Positions 33,399 through 44,206 are shown, numbered from the stretch's first letter. The stretch is 54,313 nt of DNA from an uncultured Erysipelotrichaceae bacterium (GCA_964442785.1 CAYTZW010000003.1:1-54313), one strand, 5' to 3'. Notes: generated by a model not told the origin, from the letters alone. Numbers and translations are program-made.

Positions 33399-35846
33399 AT
33401 GGGAAAAGAGAAAAAGAGAAAAGAGATTGAAGAAAAAAAGTCTTTATTAAGTTTTGAAGCTGAAGTATCTCTTTTTGGCTTGCTTTTATTTACTATCAGT
33501 TTAATTGGAATGATTAATCAAGGCATCATTGGTGGTTTGTTAACTTTCATATTGTCTTTTTGTTTTGGTTCTTTTTATTGGATTTTTTTATTACTTGGTT
33601 TGTTCTATGGATTATATATTTTCATTAATAAAAAAAGACCTAGAATTAAAATTGGCATTAAACTTATGGCGGTTTTAATTATTTTAATATTTGGACTTAT
33701 TTGGGCAAGTGATGGTGGTGTTTCTTCTCCTTCTATAAAAAATGCTTTAAACGATTATTCTATTCGTTTTGATTATGTAGCTGTTTCAAGAATTAGAGTG
33801 GACTTGAATAAAGTTAAAAGTCTAGGTGGTGGTGCTGTTGGTTATTTCCTTTATAGCCTTTTATACACTTTGACTAGTGAAATTGGAACTAAACTTATTT
33901 ATTTGATTATGGTTTTTTCTTCTCTTTTCATTTTATTAAAACCAATTATCAAAAAATCTTATTTATTTGTAAAAACCGTGATAAAGAAATTGAAAATTGC
34001 TTCAACTTTATCAATGAAAGATTTAGAAAACAAAGAAGAAATAAAACTTACTACTGAAAAAGAAATTCAACCTTTTTCAAATGAAGATAAAGAAGAAACA
34101 GTTACTCCTATGGAAGAATATGATTATCGTAAAGACTTTTTTTCTCGTAAAATCGTTGATGATTTAAAAGAAGAAAAAGAAGTAAAAAAAGAAAATCGAT
34201 TTAATATTTTTAAAGAAACGATTATTGAAGATGAAAAACCTAGTTCTCCTTTTATTGATTTTGAAGAAAAGAATAACATTGAAAAGCCACAAATTGTAAC
34301 CGAAAAAATTGAAGAAAAAAACATTATTGAAAATACTGCTCCAATTATGGAAGAAAAAATGGTTTCGGAAATTAATCCTGTTAAACCTTATATTAATTAT
34401 CAAGCGGAAGAATATCAATTACCACCTTTGGATTTACTTGAAGAAAATCCTGATAATTCTTTGAATGTTTTACTTTTAGAAGAAGTTGAAAATTCTAAAA
34501 ATATTTTGAACAACAAGCTAAACGAATTAAAAATTAAAGCTCAAGTTACCGGTTTTACTATTGGTCCTACAGTTACTAGATTTGAAATTGTCCCTGAAGC
34601 AGGAAGTAACACTAAAGTTAGTAATATTGAAAGTATCAAAAATGATTTAATGTTATCGATTGCAGCGACAAAGGTTAGAATGGAATCTCCAATTCCTGGA
34701 ATGAGTGCAGTTGGTTTAGAAATTCCTAATAAGGTTCGAAAAAATGTTTTCTTAAAAGAAATATTAGAAAATTCTGCTGATAATAAAGAACTTTTAATGG
34801 TAGGTTTAGGAAAAGATATAAATGGTAAATCTATTGTTATTTGTTTAAATAAAATGCCACATTTATTAATTGCAGGACAAACTGGAAGTGGTAAATCTAT
34901 TTGTATTAGTTCCATTATTATCTCTCTTATTATGAGAACTAATCCTGAAGAAGTAAAACTAATGCTAATTGACCCTAAAAAAGTTGAGATGCTACTATAT
35001 GCTAATATGCCACATTTAATGTGTCCTGTGATAACTGACGCTAAAAAAGCTAGTGTTGCATTAAATAAGGTTGTTTTGGAAATGGATAAAAGATATGATT
35101 TATTTTCTTCAGTAGGAGTTAGAAATATTGAAGGTTACAATCAATATGCGGTAGAAAATCAAATAAAAAAGATGCCTTATTTAGTTATTATTATTGATGA
35201 ATTAGCAGATTTAATGCTTGTAGCTTCTAAAGATGTTGAAGATAGTATTCAAAGAATTACCCAACTTGCTAGAGCCGCAGGAATTCATTTAGTTGTGGCT
35301 ACTCAAAGACCTTCTGTTAATGTTATTACAGGAGTTATTAAAGCGAATATTCCTAGTCGTATTTCCTTTGCTGTTTCTAGTCAAATTGATTCTCGAACTA
35401 TTTTGGATTCAATAGGAGCAGAAGATTTGTTAGGAAAAGGAGATATGCTTTTATCAGTAACGGGAATGGATTTAAAACGTATTCAAGGTGCTTTCGTTTC
35501 TGATAAAGAAATAAGTAAAGTAGTTCAATATATTAAACAAAAAGCTTCGACTTCTTATATGAGTGATTTTATGAATTTAGACCCTGAACCTATTCCTGTT
35601 TCAATCGGTTTTGAAGGGTTAGATGAAACTAATGATGATGATATTTATGAAGATATTAAAATGTTTGTCATTAAGGAAAGAAAGGCTTCTGCTTCTTTGC
35701 TCCAAAGGAAGTTTTCCATAGGATTTATAAGAGCAGCAAGGCTTATTGATAGATTGGAGGAAGATGGCATAATAGGACCTGCTAATGGAGCGAAACCAAG
35801 AGAAATATTAGTTGATGATAAAGGAGAAGAAAATGGAAAAAATTGA
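33399..35846 (+). CDS. ftsK: DNA translocase FtsK/SpoIIIE
   Basis: N-terminal TM helices, K/E-rich linker, GQTGSGKS Walker A, IIIDELADL Walker B, C-terminal gamma wHTH (LLQRKFSIGFIRAARLID). Confidence 0.95.
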   Translation: MGKEKKRKEIEEKKSLLSFEAEVSLFGLLLFTISLIGMINQGIIGGLLTFILSFCFGSFYWIFLLLGLFYGLYIFINKKRPRIKIGIKLMAVLIILIFGLIWASDGGVSSPSIKNALNDYSIRFDYVAVSRIRVDLNKVKSLGGGAVGYFLYSLLYTLTSEIGTKLIYLIMVFSSLFILLKPIIKKSYLFVKTVIKKLKIASTLSMKDLENKEEIKLTTEKEIQPFSNEDKEETVTPMEEYDYRKDFFSRKIVDDLKEEKEVKKENRFNIFKETIIEDEKPSSPFIDFEEKNNIEKPQIVTEKIEEKNIIENTAPIMEEKMVSEINPVKPYINYQAEEYQLPPLDLLEENPDNSLNVLLLEEVENSKNILNNKLNELKIKAQVTGFTIGPTVTRFEIVPEAGSNTKVSNIESIKNDLMLSIAATKVRMESPIPGMSAVGLEIPNKVRKNVFLKEILENSADNKELLMVGLGKDINGKSIVICLNKMPHLLIAGQTGSGKSICISSIIISLIMRTNPEEVKLMLIDPKKVEMLLYANMPHLMCPVITDAKKASVALNKVVLEMDKRYDLFSSVGVRNIEGYNQYAVENQIKKMPYLVIIIDELADLMLVASKDVEDSIQRITQLARAAGIHLVVATQRPSVNVITGVIKANIPSRISFAVSSQIDSRTILDSIGAEDLLGKGDMLLSVTGMDLKRIQGAFVSDKEISKVVQYIKQKASTSYMSDFMNLDPEPIPVSIGFEGLDETNDDDIYEDIKMFVIKERKASASLLQRKFSIGFIRAARLIDRLEEDGIIGPANGAKPREILVDDKGEENGKN

Positions 35847-37080
35847 TAAATTAAATTTAAAAAATAGCCCTATTTATTTTTATGAAAGCGATAAATATAA
35901 AAAGGCAAATATTCAAATCCAGTTTGAAATTAAAGCATCTGAAGTTAATTTGTTAGCCTTAAAAGTTTTAAGTGCTTTATTAACTTGTGCTTGTAAGGAA
36001 TATAATTCAATTCCAGCGATGTCAAATTATTTAGAGTCATTATATGGAACCACTATTTTTGGAGATGTTTCTATTGAAGGAGAAACTGCTGTTTTTGTTC
36101 TTAATGCAAGTTATTTATCTGAGTTATATACCGAAAAAGGCAATACTGAAAAAGTTATTGATATAATGTCTAAAATGATTTATGAACCAAATTTTAAAAA
36201 TGGTCATTTTGAAAAAGGTTTTTATAAAATGATTATAGATAGAATAGTTAATATTTATAAAAGTGCTTTAGAGAAAAAAGAAAATTACGCTTTAAGTCAA
36301 TATTCTAAAATGTTTGAAGGAACTTTATTTCATCAATTAGACATAATTGATATTGGAAAAGTTTCTAAAATGAGCCAAGAAGAAATATTGAAAGCTTATG
36401 AAATTCTTTTAAAAGCTCCGATTAAAGTTTTTGTATCAGGAGATAACAACAAAGAGCAAATTTTAAATTTGTTAGACAAACATTTTGATTTTTCCAAAAA
36501 ACAAATTACTACTTCATATAATTATTCAATAACTAAATATGAAGAAGCAAAAGTTGAAAAAAGCAAAAAATATTCTCAATCTTTTTTAGTAATGTTGTAT
36601 AAACATAATATTTTTGTTAATCAAGAAGACTATTATAAAATTATGGTCGCTACTGCCTTGTTAAATAACAAATTATTTAAACAAGTTCGTGAAAAAAATG
36701 GATTGTGTTATATGATATTTGCTAGAAATTTAAGTCATAATGGTGTTTTTGAAGTTTTAACAGGTATTGAAGCTTCAAATTATCGTAAAGCAATTAAACT
36801 TATAGAAAAACAATTTGTGGCTTTAAAAGAAGGTAAAATAACGAAAAAAGAGTTCAAAATGGCTAAAGAATCCGTGATAGGTTCTAATATTTCTGCTAAA
36901 GATTCTTTAAATTATATGGTAAAAAGATTAATTAACTATTCAATGTATAATCAATTTATAAGTGTTGAAGAAATTATCGAAAAACTAGAAAAAGTTACGA
37001 TTGAAGATGTAATTGAAGTTATTTCTAAAACAGAATATTTAACTCATTATTTTTTGAAAGGAGTTGGTGAAAATGCATAA
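35833..37080 (+). CDS. M16-family peptidase-like protein, non-catalytic subunit (YmfF-like)
   Basis: M16 fold-type length and context after ftsK. No HxxEH. AAGGAG SD 35821-35826. Confidence 0.7.
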   Translation: MEKIDKLNLKNSPIYFYESDKYKKANIQIQFEIKASEVNLLALKVLSALLTCACKEYNSIPAMSNYLESLYGTTIFGDVSIEGETAVFVLNASYLSELYTEKGNTEKVIDIMSKMIYEPNFKNGHFEKGFYKMIIDRIVNIYKSALEKKENYALSQYSKMFEGTLFHQLDIIDIGKVSKMSQEEILKAYEILLKAPIKVFVSGDNNKEQILNLLDKHFDFSKKQITTSYNYSITKYEEAKVEKSKKYSQSFLVMLYKHNIFVNQEDYYKIMVATALLNNKLFKQVREKNGLCYMIFARNLSHNGVFEVLTGIEASNYRKAIKLIEKQFVALKEGKITKKEFKMAKESVIGSNISAKDSLNYMVKRLINYSMYNQFISVEEIIEKLEKVTIEDVIEVISKTEYLTHYFLKGVGENA

Positions 37081-38335
37081 AATCGAATACAAAAATTTGA
37101 AAGAAACTATCTATACTCATACATTAAATAATGGTCTTAAAGTAATTATGGTTCCTAAAAAAGATTACAATCATTTATGTGCTTATTTTACTACTCGATT
37201 TGGTGGTGCTTATTATGGATTAGATGTTGAAGATAAAAAATTATTATCAGGACTAGCACATTTTTTAGAGCATAGATTATTTGATAATCCTAAAGGAGAA
37301 GTAATGGATTTATTTGATAGTTATGGAGCTTCTTATTGCAATGCTTATACTTCTTTTGACATTACCACTTTTATTTTTAAATCTTCTGTAAATATTAATA
37401 AATGTCTTAATTTGTTATTAGATTTTGTTCAAATGGTCGAATTTACTCAAGAAAGAGTAGATAATGAAAAGAAAATTATTACCCAAGAATATCATATGGT
37501 TGCTGATAAACCTTCTACTAAATTATTCTATGGCTTACTTGCTAACAGTTTAGTGGAATATCCATATAATAAGCGTGTTATAGGAACTTTAGAAGATATT
37601 GCCTCTACGACAAAAGAAGATTTATATTTAGCTCATAATACTTTCTATAATCCTAATAATATGTATTTAGTTTTAGTAGGTGCTTTCTCTCCTAAAAAAA
37701 TTATCAATTTAATTGAAAAAAATCAAAATGGCAAAGAATTTAAAAATACTTCTTGTCCTAAAATAAATGTTATTGAACCTAAAAAAGTAAATAAAGAATA
37801 CGAAGAAGTTAAAGTTGGTTTACCTTATTACAAAGTGGGAGTGTCTTATAAATTAACTCCTAGAATATATGAAAATAAAAAAGATAAGGTAAAAGATGAA
37901 TTAACTTATGATTTCCTTTTCAAATTATTGTTTGGTTCTTCTTCTCCTTTAGCAGAAAGTTTGTTAAAAGAGGAAATTGTTAACAATTTTATTGAATATG
38001 ATACTTTTTTAGACAATGGAATAAATATGTCAATTTTTGTCGCTGATTGTAATGACAAAGACAAATTTATTGAAAAACTAGATGAAATAATTAACAACCC
38101 TTATCCTTATTTACAAGAAGAAAACTTTGTAAATATCAAAAGGAAAAAATACGCTCAAATGGTTAAAGAATTAGATGAACCTGAAGATTATGCCGATAGA
38201 ATAATGAATGCTTACAAAGATGAAATTATTTATTTGGATTATTTTGATATAATGAATTCTATTGAATTTATTGATTTGGTAGAAAAAGCTAAAGAACTAA
38301 AGGATAACATAAAATCAGTTTATGTTTTGCATTAA
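37073..38335 (+). CDS. M16-family zinc peptidase (YmfH-like)
   Basis: HFLEHRLF inverted zinc motif (HxxEH). ATG 37073 follows AAAGGAG and overlaps the upstream stop codon. Confidence 0.8.
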   Translation: MHKIEYKNLKETIYTHTLNNGLKVIMVPKKDYNHLCAYFTTRFGGAYYGLDVEDKKLLSGLAHFLEHRLFDNPKGEVMDLFDSYGASYCNAYTSFDITTFIFKSSVNINKCLNLLLDFVQMVEFTQERVDNEKKIITQEYHMVADKPSTKLFYGLLANSLVEYPYNKRVIGTLEDIASTTKEDLYLAHNTFYNPNNMYLVLVGAFSPKKIINLIEKNQNGKEFKNTSCPKINVIEPKKVNKEYEEVKVGLPYYKVGVSYKLTPRIYENKKDKVKDELTYDFLFKLLFGSSSPLAESLLKEEIVNNFIEYDTFLDNGINMSIFVADCNDKDKFIEKLDEIINNPYPYLQEENFVNIKRKKYAQMVKELDEPEDYADRIMNAYKDEIIYLDYFDIMNSIEFIDLVEKAKELKDNIKSVYVLH

Positions 38336-38337
38336 TT

Positions 38338-38661
38338 ATGATAAAAGGCGTTGGAATTGATATGACTAGAATTAGTCGTTATGATATAAATAATGAAAAA
38401 TTAGTTAATAGAATTTTATCAAAAGATGAAAAAGATGTTTTTAATAGTTTAAATGACTTTGAAAAGCAAAAATATTTAGCATCAAGATTTTCTTTAAAGG
38501 AAGCCTATTTTAAGGCTTCTTTTGACAAAAATCCTTTTTCTAGTTTTTCTTTTCTTAATGATAAGGAAGGAAAACCTTACTTAAAAGGAAGAAAAGATGT
38601 TTTTGTTTCAGTAAGTGATGAAGATGATTATGTAGTTTCTTATGTGATAATTGATAATTAA
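38338..38661 (+). CDS. acpS: Holo-ACP synthase (4'-phosphopantetheinyl transferase)
   Basis: MIKGVGIDMTRISR..., ...FSLKEAYFKA, ~107 aa. Confidence 0.8.
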   Translation: MIKGVGIDMTRISRYDINNEKLVNRILSKDEKDVFNSLNDFEKQKYLASRFSLKEAYFKASFDKNPFSSFSFLNDKEGKPYLKGRKDVFVSVSDEDDYVVSYVIIDN

Positions 38662-38762
38662 TATTATTTTAATGTTGCAATTAAGCTAAATTTAATTTAA
38701 TATTCATTATCTATTTGATAAAATATAACTAACATATTATATGTGATATTTAGAGGTGATTG

Positions 38763-39437
38763 ATGATGAAAATATTAATAGTAGAAGATGAAGTGGCTCT
38801 AGCAGATTCAATAGGAGATAACTTAAGAAGTAAAGGATATGAGGTCTATTGTGCTTATGACGGTAGCAAAGGATTTGATTACATTACTGATAGGAAATTC
38901 GATTTAATTTTGTTAGACTTAATGCTTCCTCGTATAAGTGGACTTGAAATACTCGAGAGAATGAGAAAAGCTAAGAATAATACTCCTGTTATTATTTTAA
39001 CTGCTCTTGATAGTGTTGAAGATAAAGTTGCTGGACTTGACTGTGGAGCAAACGACTATATGACAAAACCTTTTTCAACTGAGGAATTGCTAGCAAGGAT
39101 TAGAGTTTATGAAAGAAAAAATACGAACACTAGTCCAAAAAGCGATATCATTAGATATAAAAATACAAGATTAGATATTTCAACATTTGAAGTTTATACT
39201 GAAAAAGAATCCATTAGATTATCTGCTATGGAACTTAAAATCTTAAAATACTTTATGGAAAGACCAAAAAAGGTCATACCAAAGAGTGAATTATATGGTG
39301 CTATCTGGGGATATGAAGAAGCCTTAGAATCTAATTCTGCTGAAGTATATATTACTTTTATTAGAAAAAAATTATTTTTTGTCCATTCTGACCTTGAAAT
39401 AATTGCTGTCAGAGGGGCAGGATATAGGCTAGAATAA
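38763..39437 (+). CDS. OmpR-family response regulator
   Basis: ILIVEDE, DLILLDLMLP (phospho-Asp), TALD, DYMTKPF. C-terminal winged helix ...VRGAGYRL. Confidence 0.9.
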   Translation: MMKILIVEDEVALADSIGDNLRSKGYEVYCAYDGSKGFDYITDRKFDLILLDLMLPRISGLEILERMRKAKNNTPVIILTALDSVEDKVAGLDCGANDYMTKPFSTEELLARIRVYERKNTNTSPKSDIIRYKNTRLDISTFEVYTEKESIRLSAMELKILKYFMERPKKVIPKSELYGAIWGYEEALESNSAEVYITFIRKKLFFVHSDLEIIAVRGAGYRLE

Positions 39438-40702
39438 TGTTTTCAAAACTTCGATTTAGATTAGCTTCCGTTATTTTAATTTCTTGCGTTTTAGTTTTTA
39501 GCGTTAGCTTTTTAATCTCTAATAAATTGACTAGTAAATCAATGAATACTAGTGTTAAAGATAGTTTAAATGAAGTATATAAAGTGGATTTAGTTACTTC
39601 GGCTTCTGATGTTAGTTTGTATAAAACAGCAACCGTATTTTTAACTTATGAAGACCAAATTTTGACTTTCACTGATTCTTATTCGGCAGACATATTAGAC
39701 AAAATATGTAAAGCCATTATCAAAGATGACAAAGATGAAGGAAAAATTAAAGTTGGAGATTTAAAAATTGCTTATGCTAAAAAAAAAGCAACACTTAATT
39801 TAGAAACCGACTTCAATGATTATTTTGAATATATAAACGGATTTAAAGTATATGATGAGTATATTTTCGTAGATTACACTGATAAATATCAAAGTCTTTT
39901 AGATTCTCAACAAGCATTATTATTTTCAGGATTTTTTCTTGTTGCTTTATTATCAATAGTTTCCTTTTTTATTTCCTATAAACTAATAGTTCCTGTTGAA
40001 AAATCATATAAAAGAGAAAGACAATTACTAGGAGATGTTTCTCACGAACTGAAAACTCCTGTTGCCATTATTACTTCTAATTTGGAAACTATCGAAAATA
40101 AAAAAGACGATTTAGTGGAAAATCAAGAAAAATGGTTAACAAACATTAAAAATCAAACAATCAGAATGCAATATTTGATTAAAGAATTACTTAATTTTTC
40201 ATCACATAGAACAAAATTTGACAAAAAGAACAAATACCCTGCTTGTAATTTATCACGTACTTTAGAAAAAATAATTCTTTCTTATGAAGAATTAGCCTAT
40301 AAAAAAGGTATTAAAATAGAATATGATATTGTAGAAAACATTGAATATAATTGTTCCAAAGAAGATATTAATAAATTGTTTTCAATTTTGATAGATAATG
40401 CCATAAAATACAATAATAAAAAAGGTTATATAAAAATATGTTTAAAAGAAAAAAGTAAAAAAATCTTCTTTTCTATAAAGAACAGTGGACACGGGATTGC
40501 TCCTGAAAATATCAATAAAATATTTGACCGCTTTTATCGAGAATCTTATGCAAGAACTCAAGAAAACGAAATTAGTTTTGGACTTGGACTATCAATAGCC
40601 AAAAGTATAGTAGACTATTACAAAGGTCAAATTGTCGTTAGAAGTGAATTAGAAGTAGAAACCGAATTTGAAATTACCTTTAATAAGAAATCTTCTAAAT
40701 AA
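39437..40702 (+). CDS. Sensor histidine kinase
   Basis: Two TM helices, H-box DVSHELKTP, N-box IDNAIKYN, G-boxes NSGHGI and GLGLSIA. The start overlaps the RR stop codon. Confidence 0.88.
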   Translation: MFSKLRFRLASVILISCVLVFSVSFLISNKLTSKSMNTSVKDSLNEVYKVDLVTSASDVSLYKTATVFLTYEDQILTFTDSYSADILDKICKAIIKDDKDEGKIKVGDLKIAYAKKKATLNLETDFNDYFEYINGFKVYDEYIFVDYTDKYQSLLDSQQALLFSGFFLVALLSIVSFFISYKLIVPVEKSYKRERQLLGDVSHELKTPVAIITSNLETIENKKDDLVENQEKWLTNIKNQTIRMQYLIKELLNFSSHRTKFDKKNKYPACNLSRTLEKIILSYEELAYKKGIKIEYDIVENIEYNCSKEDINKLFSILIDNAIKYNNKKGYIKICLKEKSKKIFFSIKNSGHGIAPENINKIFDRFYRESYARTQENEISFGLGLSIAKSIVDYYKGQIVVRSELEVETEFEITFNKKSSK

Positions 40703-40706
40703 TACA

Positions 40707-40746
40707 AAGAATACTTGGTATCATTTATTTGCTAAGTATTCTTTTT
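40707..40746 (+). terminator. Intrinsic terminator after the two-component operon
   Basis: agaatactt...aagtattct stems followed by TTTTTT. Confidence 0.6.
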
Positions 40747-40777
40747 TATTGTATTATAAAAGTAGGAAGTGATTTTT

Positions 40778-41623
40778 ATGAATGTAGCATTTGAAAAATT
40801 AAAAGAAAGAGCAATTAATGCAGTTAAAAACAATAATATAGATGAATTATTAAAAGTTTGTGATAGGAAAGATGTCATTACCAAAATAGGAAATAAAAAT
40901 GACAAACTAATCTCTAAAGATATTTTAAATCTTTCTGAGGTTATTTGTAATTATGAAGGAAAAGATTATTCTTTAATAGGTCTTGCTATTAAAAACGTTA
41001 ATCCTACAATGCTTAGAATGCTAAGTTATCTAGGCTGTAACCCACTTTTCCCTGCCTACAAAGAAAATGATAAGGAAGTTTCTGTTTTAAGCTATATCAA
41101 GGAAAAAACAGAAGAAGTTAAAAAGGATTTTGATTTATCCATTGATATGGGAGAGATTAACTATGCTTTCTATAAAAATCATTTGTTTTCTATAACTCCT
41201 GATGTAATGTTAGATAATTTTCAAAAACATTCCAAAGGAGAAATTAATGATTTAAAGCTATTTGAAACAATCTTTTTCTACAAATACGATATTGTAGATT
41301 GTGAATTTGAATTTGAAACTGAAAAGCAAAAATATTATCCAATGGAATATTTGTTAAAAAAACATAAAAAAGATTTACTAGATAATAATTATCATAAACT
41401 AAAAGAAGATGCTTTAATACCTTTCCACGGTATTGATGTAGAAACTTTAGTTGATAAAGTAACTGCAAAAGGATATATAATGAAAACCGAAACACTTGGA
41501 AAACAAATAATAAGTAAAAATGGTAAATATCCTTTAGAAGTTATCGATAAAAGTATTGCCCAAGAAGAAAAATATTTAAAAAGCATTGAAATGCAAAAAC
41601 CTAATATGAATTGGGCTCGATAA
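40778..41623 (+). CDS. Hypothetical protein (281 aa), possible single ankyrin-like repeat
   Basis: ATG 40778 lies 8 nt after AGGAAG. GLAIKNVNPTMLRMLSYLGCNP is ankyrin-like (weak). Confidence 0.5.
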   Translation: MNVAFEKLKERAINAVKNNNIDELLKVCDRKDVITKIGNKNDKLISKDILNLSEVICNYEGKDYSLIGLAIKNVNPTMLRMLSYLGCNPLFPAYKENDKEVSVLSYIKEKTEEVKKDFDLSIDMGEINYAFYKNHLFSITPDVMLDNFQKHSKGEINDLKLFETIFFYKYDIVDCEFEFETEKQKYYPMEYLLKKHKKDLLDNNYHKLKEDALIPFHGIDVETLVDKVTAKGYIMKTETLGKQIISKNGKYPLEVIDKSIAQEEKYLKSIEMQKPNMNWAR

Positions 41624-41745
41624 TTTACTTTAAGCCTCAAAAAGAGATTAACTTCTCTTTTTTTTACAATATAAAAACCCCTTTCGTTTTTAATCTATTT
41701 TGATTATTCAACTTTAGGGGTTATTTTTTTTAATATTTTATTATA

Positions 41746-43893
41746 TTAACTTACTTTTACAAACCAAATTGCTTCTTTATAATTATCTGTTTTAAATAAA
41801 GTAATAGAACCTTTTTTTAATTCTACATCAATATAAGTTTCTTGTTTTGTAGTTGAATCATATTCAGCAATTATTCTAACACTTTTAAAATTATCTTCAT
41901 CTAATATATAAATATTTTCACAATTATAATCCTCGTCATACCATTTAGAAAAATCTCTAGCATTTGTATTTGCAGCATAAAATCTATATGTTCCAGATTC
42001 AGGAATATTAAATTTGTATAAATCATTATAACCAGTAAAAATTAGATTTGTAGTTGTGGTCTTCCAATTATCACTATTAATAATATGAACATCAGAATAA
42101 TCAGTAAAGCCACAAGAATTAACATCGATTGCTTTTTCATAAGTATAATTACCACCAACTGATGATTTAAGTCTTACATAATATTTAATTTGTGCAGTTA
42201 TTTCATAAGTGAATTTATCATTACTTCCACTGCTTGTATATGAAGTTAAAACATTTTTATCTTCGTCCATAATGGTAAGGGTTGTATTTGCTGATGCAAA
42301 TGTCCACCTATGTTTTCTAGTTACTGTATCAAGTATTCCATATACATCATTGTAAGCAATAGTTCTTGTGTAAGTTCCTTCTCTCATTGTTCCTGATGCT
42401 GCAAAAGAATCTTTAATGATTAAGCTTGAATTTGAAGTTGATGTATTCATTATTCCAATATATATAATATCATTAGCATTTAGTTGTATCGTTGTACTTG
42501 AAGACATTTTTTGATATTTAAACTCAGAATCAAAAATAAAAGCAGAATATCCTGAAGATAAAGTGTATTTGTCTTCTTCACTAGCTTGGAATTTGTACCA
42601 ACTCATTGATGTTTCGCTTGCTTCTACTTCTACAGAAGTATTTTTGGATAAACTTGTTATTTCACTTTCTGCAGGTTTTGTAAGGTAATATACATTTTTA
42701 TAATAACTATATTTATCAAACTTCATTTCAACATAATAGAAATCTTTTTCAACTTTCATTTCTTCTAAAGAAATACTTTCTGTATAGATACCATTTGCGT
42801 TTTGACTTTCATTCTCTAAAGTCTTTACTAAATTTCTTTCTCCGTCATAAATATTAATAGTTGTTATGGTAGAAGAACCTGAAAGTAGCATTATATTACT
42901 TCCTATAGTAGGTCTGATAATTGTTTTATAAACATCATCTTCTTCATCTGCTAAAGGAGTTACTTTTCCAAAAGTATCATATACAGTTTCTCCATTTTGA
43001 TTTTTATACTCAATTATATTTGTTATTTCTTCAGTCCCATTATATTCAATGGTTACTTTGTACCAATTATTAGCTACTAAATCAATAGAATAAACACGTA
43101 AAATCCAATTTCCTGTTACCGCATTATCTTCCATATCAGTAATGGTTACATTTACTCCTGTATTGTAATTAAAGGTAAAATCATACTCTCCTGATAAATG
43201 TGCATATAGTTTTCTAGTATAAACTCCTTCAGTAAATTCTAAAGTGTTCGTTTTACTTACTAAAACGGTTTCTATTTCTTTTTCCACAGTTTCACTTAAT
43301 AAAACAGAAGAAACCGCTCCACTAATAGTCATTCGATAGGTAGTATTTAAAGTTAACTCTAATTCACTTTCGATAACACCTTCACTACTAGAAGTTGTAA
43401 AAACACTGCTATTAGTGCTTTTATTAATTATAGAAACACTTAAATTTCCAGTTCCTGTTATAGACAATGTCGTATTTTTGTCAGTAATATGAGCATATTC
43501 TAATTTTGTTGTGGAATTACTATCTTTTAAAGAAAATGTTTTTTGTTCATTAAAATTAATAGTTTCATATTCTAAAACAAAACGAGCATACAAAGTCATA
43601 TTTTTATCAGGAATGGTATCAAAATCATATTTATTATCAAAAGTTTCTTCTAAATACCAACCTTCAAAAACATAATCGGTCTTCGTAGGCTTTTTTGGTT
43701 CTATAAATTTATTTCCTTTTCGAACTAAATAAGTTGTTGTTTCTCCTTCAACATTTAAGATAATTCGATATGAATCATCGTTTCCACTTCCAGTGTTTCC
43801 TGATGAACCACCACACCCTGTAAGGCATGATACACTACAAATTATCATTAAACAAGTTAAAAGAAAACTAATTAATTTATTAGATTTTTTCAT
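41746..43893 (-). CDS. Lipoprotein with a Listeria-Bacteroides (Flg_new) repeat and a beta-rich body
   Basis: Signal peptide with lipobox LTGC. YVFEGWYLEETFDNKYDFDTIPDKNMTLYARF repeat signature. Confidence 0.8.
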   Translation of the reverse strand: MKKSNKLISFLLTCLMIICSVSCLTGCGGSSGNTGSGNDDSYRIILNVEGETTTYLVRKGNKFIEPKKPTKTDYVFEGWYLEETFDNKYDFDTIPDKNMTLYARFVLEYETINFNEQKTFSLKDSNSTTKLEYAHITDKNTTLSITGTGNLSVSIINKSTNSSVFTTSSSEGVIESELELTLNTTYRMTISGAVSSVLLSETVEKEIETVLVSKTNTLEFTEGVYTRKLYAHLSGEYDFTFNYNTGVNVTITDMEDNAVTGNWILRVYSIDLVANNWYKVTIEYNGTEEITNIIEYKNQNGETVYDTFGKVTPLADEEDDVYKTIIRPTIGSNIMLLSGSSTITTINIYDGERNLVKTLENESQNANGIYTESISLEEMKVEKDFYYVEMKFDKYSYYKNVYYLTKPAESEITSLSKNTSVEVEASETSMSWYKFQASEEDKYTLSSGYSAFIFDSEFKYQKMSSSTTIQLNANDIIYIGIMNTSTSNSSLIIKDSFAASGTMREGTYTRTIAYNDVYGILDTVTRKHRWTFASANTTLTIMDEDKNVLTSYTSSGSNDKFTYEITAQIKYYVRLKSSVGGNYTYEKAIDVNSCGFTDYSDVHIINSDNWKTTTTNLIFTGYNDLYKFNIPESGTYRFYAANTNARDFSKWYDEDYNCENIYILDEDNFKSVRIIAEYDSTTKQETYIDVELKKGSITLFKTDNYKEAIWFVKVS

Positions 43894-44035
43894 CTTTTTC
43901 TCTCCTTTTTCTTTGCTTTAATTATATATATGTATATATGAGAAGTCAATTTAATACCAGAATTTTTAAAAATATCCTTGCTAATTTTAATGGTTTTTAT
44001 CTTCAACAATTCAATATTTCAAGAAGAAATAAAGC

Positions 44036-44154
44036 AAAGTCCCTTGAAAAAGTTTATACATTTGTCAAAAAGTCCCTTGAAAAAGTTTGTTGTTTCACTA
44101 AAAAGTCGTTGGAAAAAGTTTCTACTTTTAATAAAAAGTCCCTTGAAAAAGTTT
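44036..44154 (+). repeat. Four direct repeats of a 20-bp box with exact 33-bp phasing
   Basis: aaagtcccttgaaaaagttt at 44036, 44069 and 44135; variant aaagtcgttggaaaaagttt at 44102. Located in the divergent intergenic region upstream of the ATPase gene. Confidence 0.9.
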
Positions 44155-44206
44155 TGATTATAGCTTATGATAATTATGCAATATAATAAGTAAGGAGAGT
44201 TTGATT

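Noticed and set aside
34124-34915. Minus-strand ORFs within ftsK (34124..34324, 34164..34418, 34541..34915)
   Set aside because: They are antisense to the FtsK linker and motor domain, with low-complexity translations.
44036-44154. Possible mini-CRISPR array (four regularly spaced repeats)
   Set aside because: The repeats are 20 bp and the spacers only 13 bp, giving a 33-bp period, far below CRISPR dimensions. No cas genes are adjacent. Kept as an iteron/operator-like repeat instead.
43938-44186. 82-aa ORF with KKSLEKV repeats
   Set aside because: It has no Shine-Dalgarno sequence. The ORF is an artefact of the 33-bp (11-codon) DNA repeat in an intergenic promoter region.
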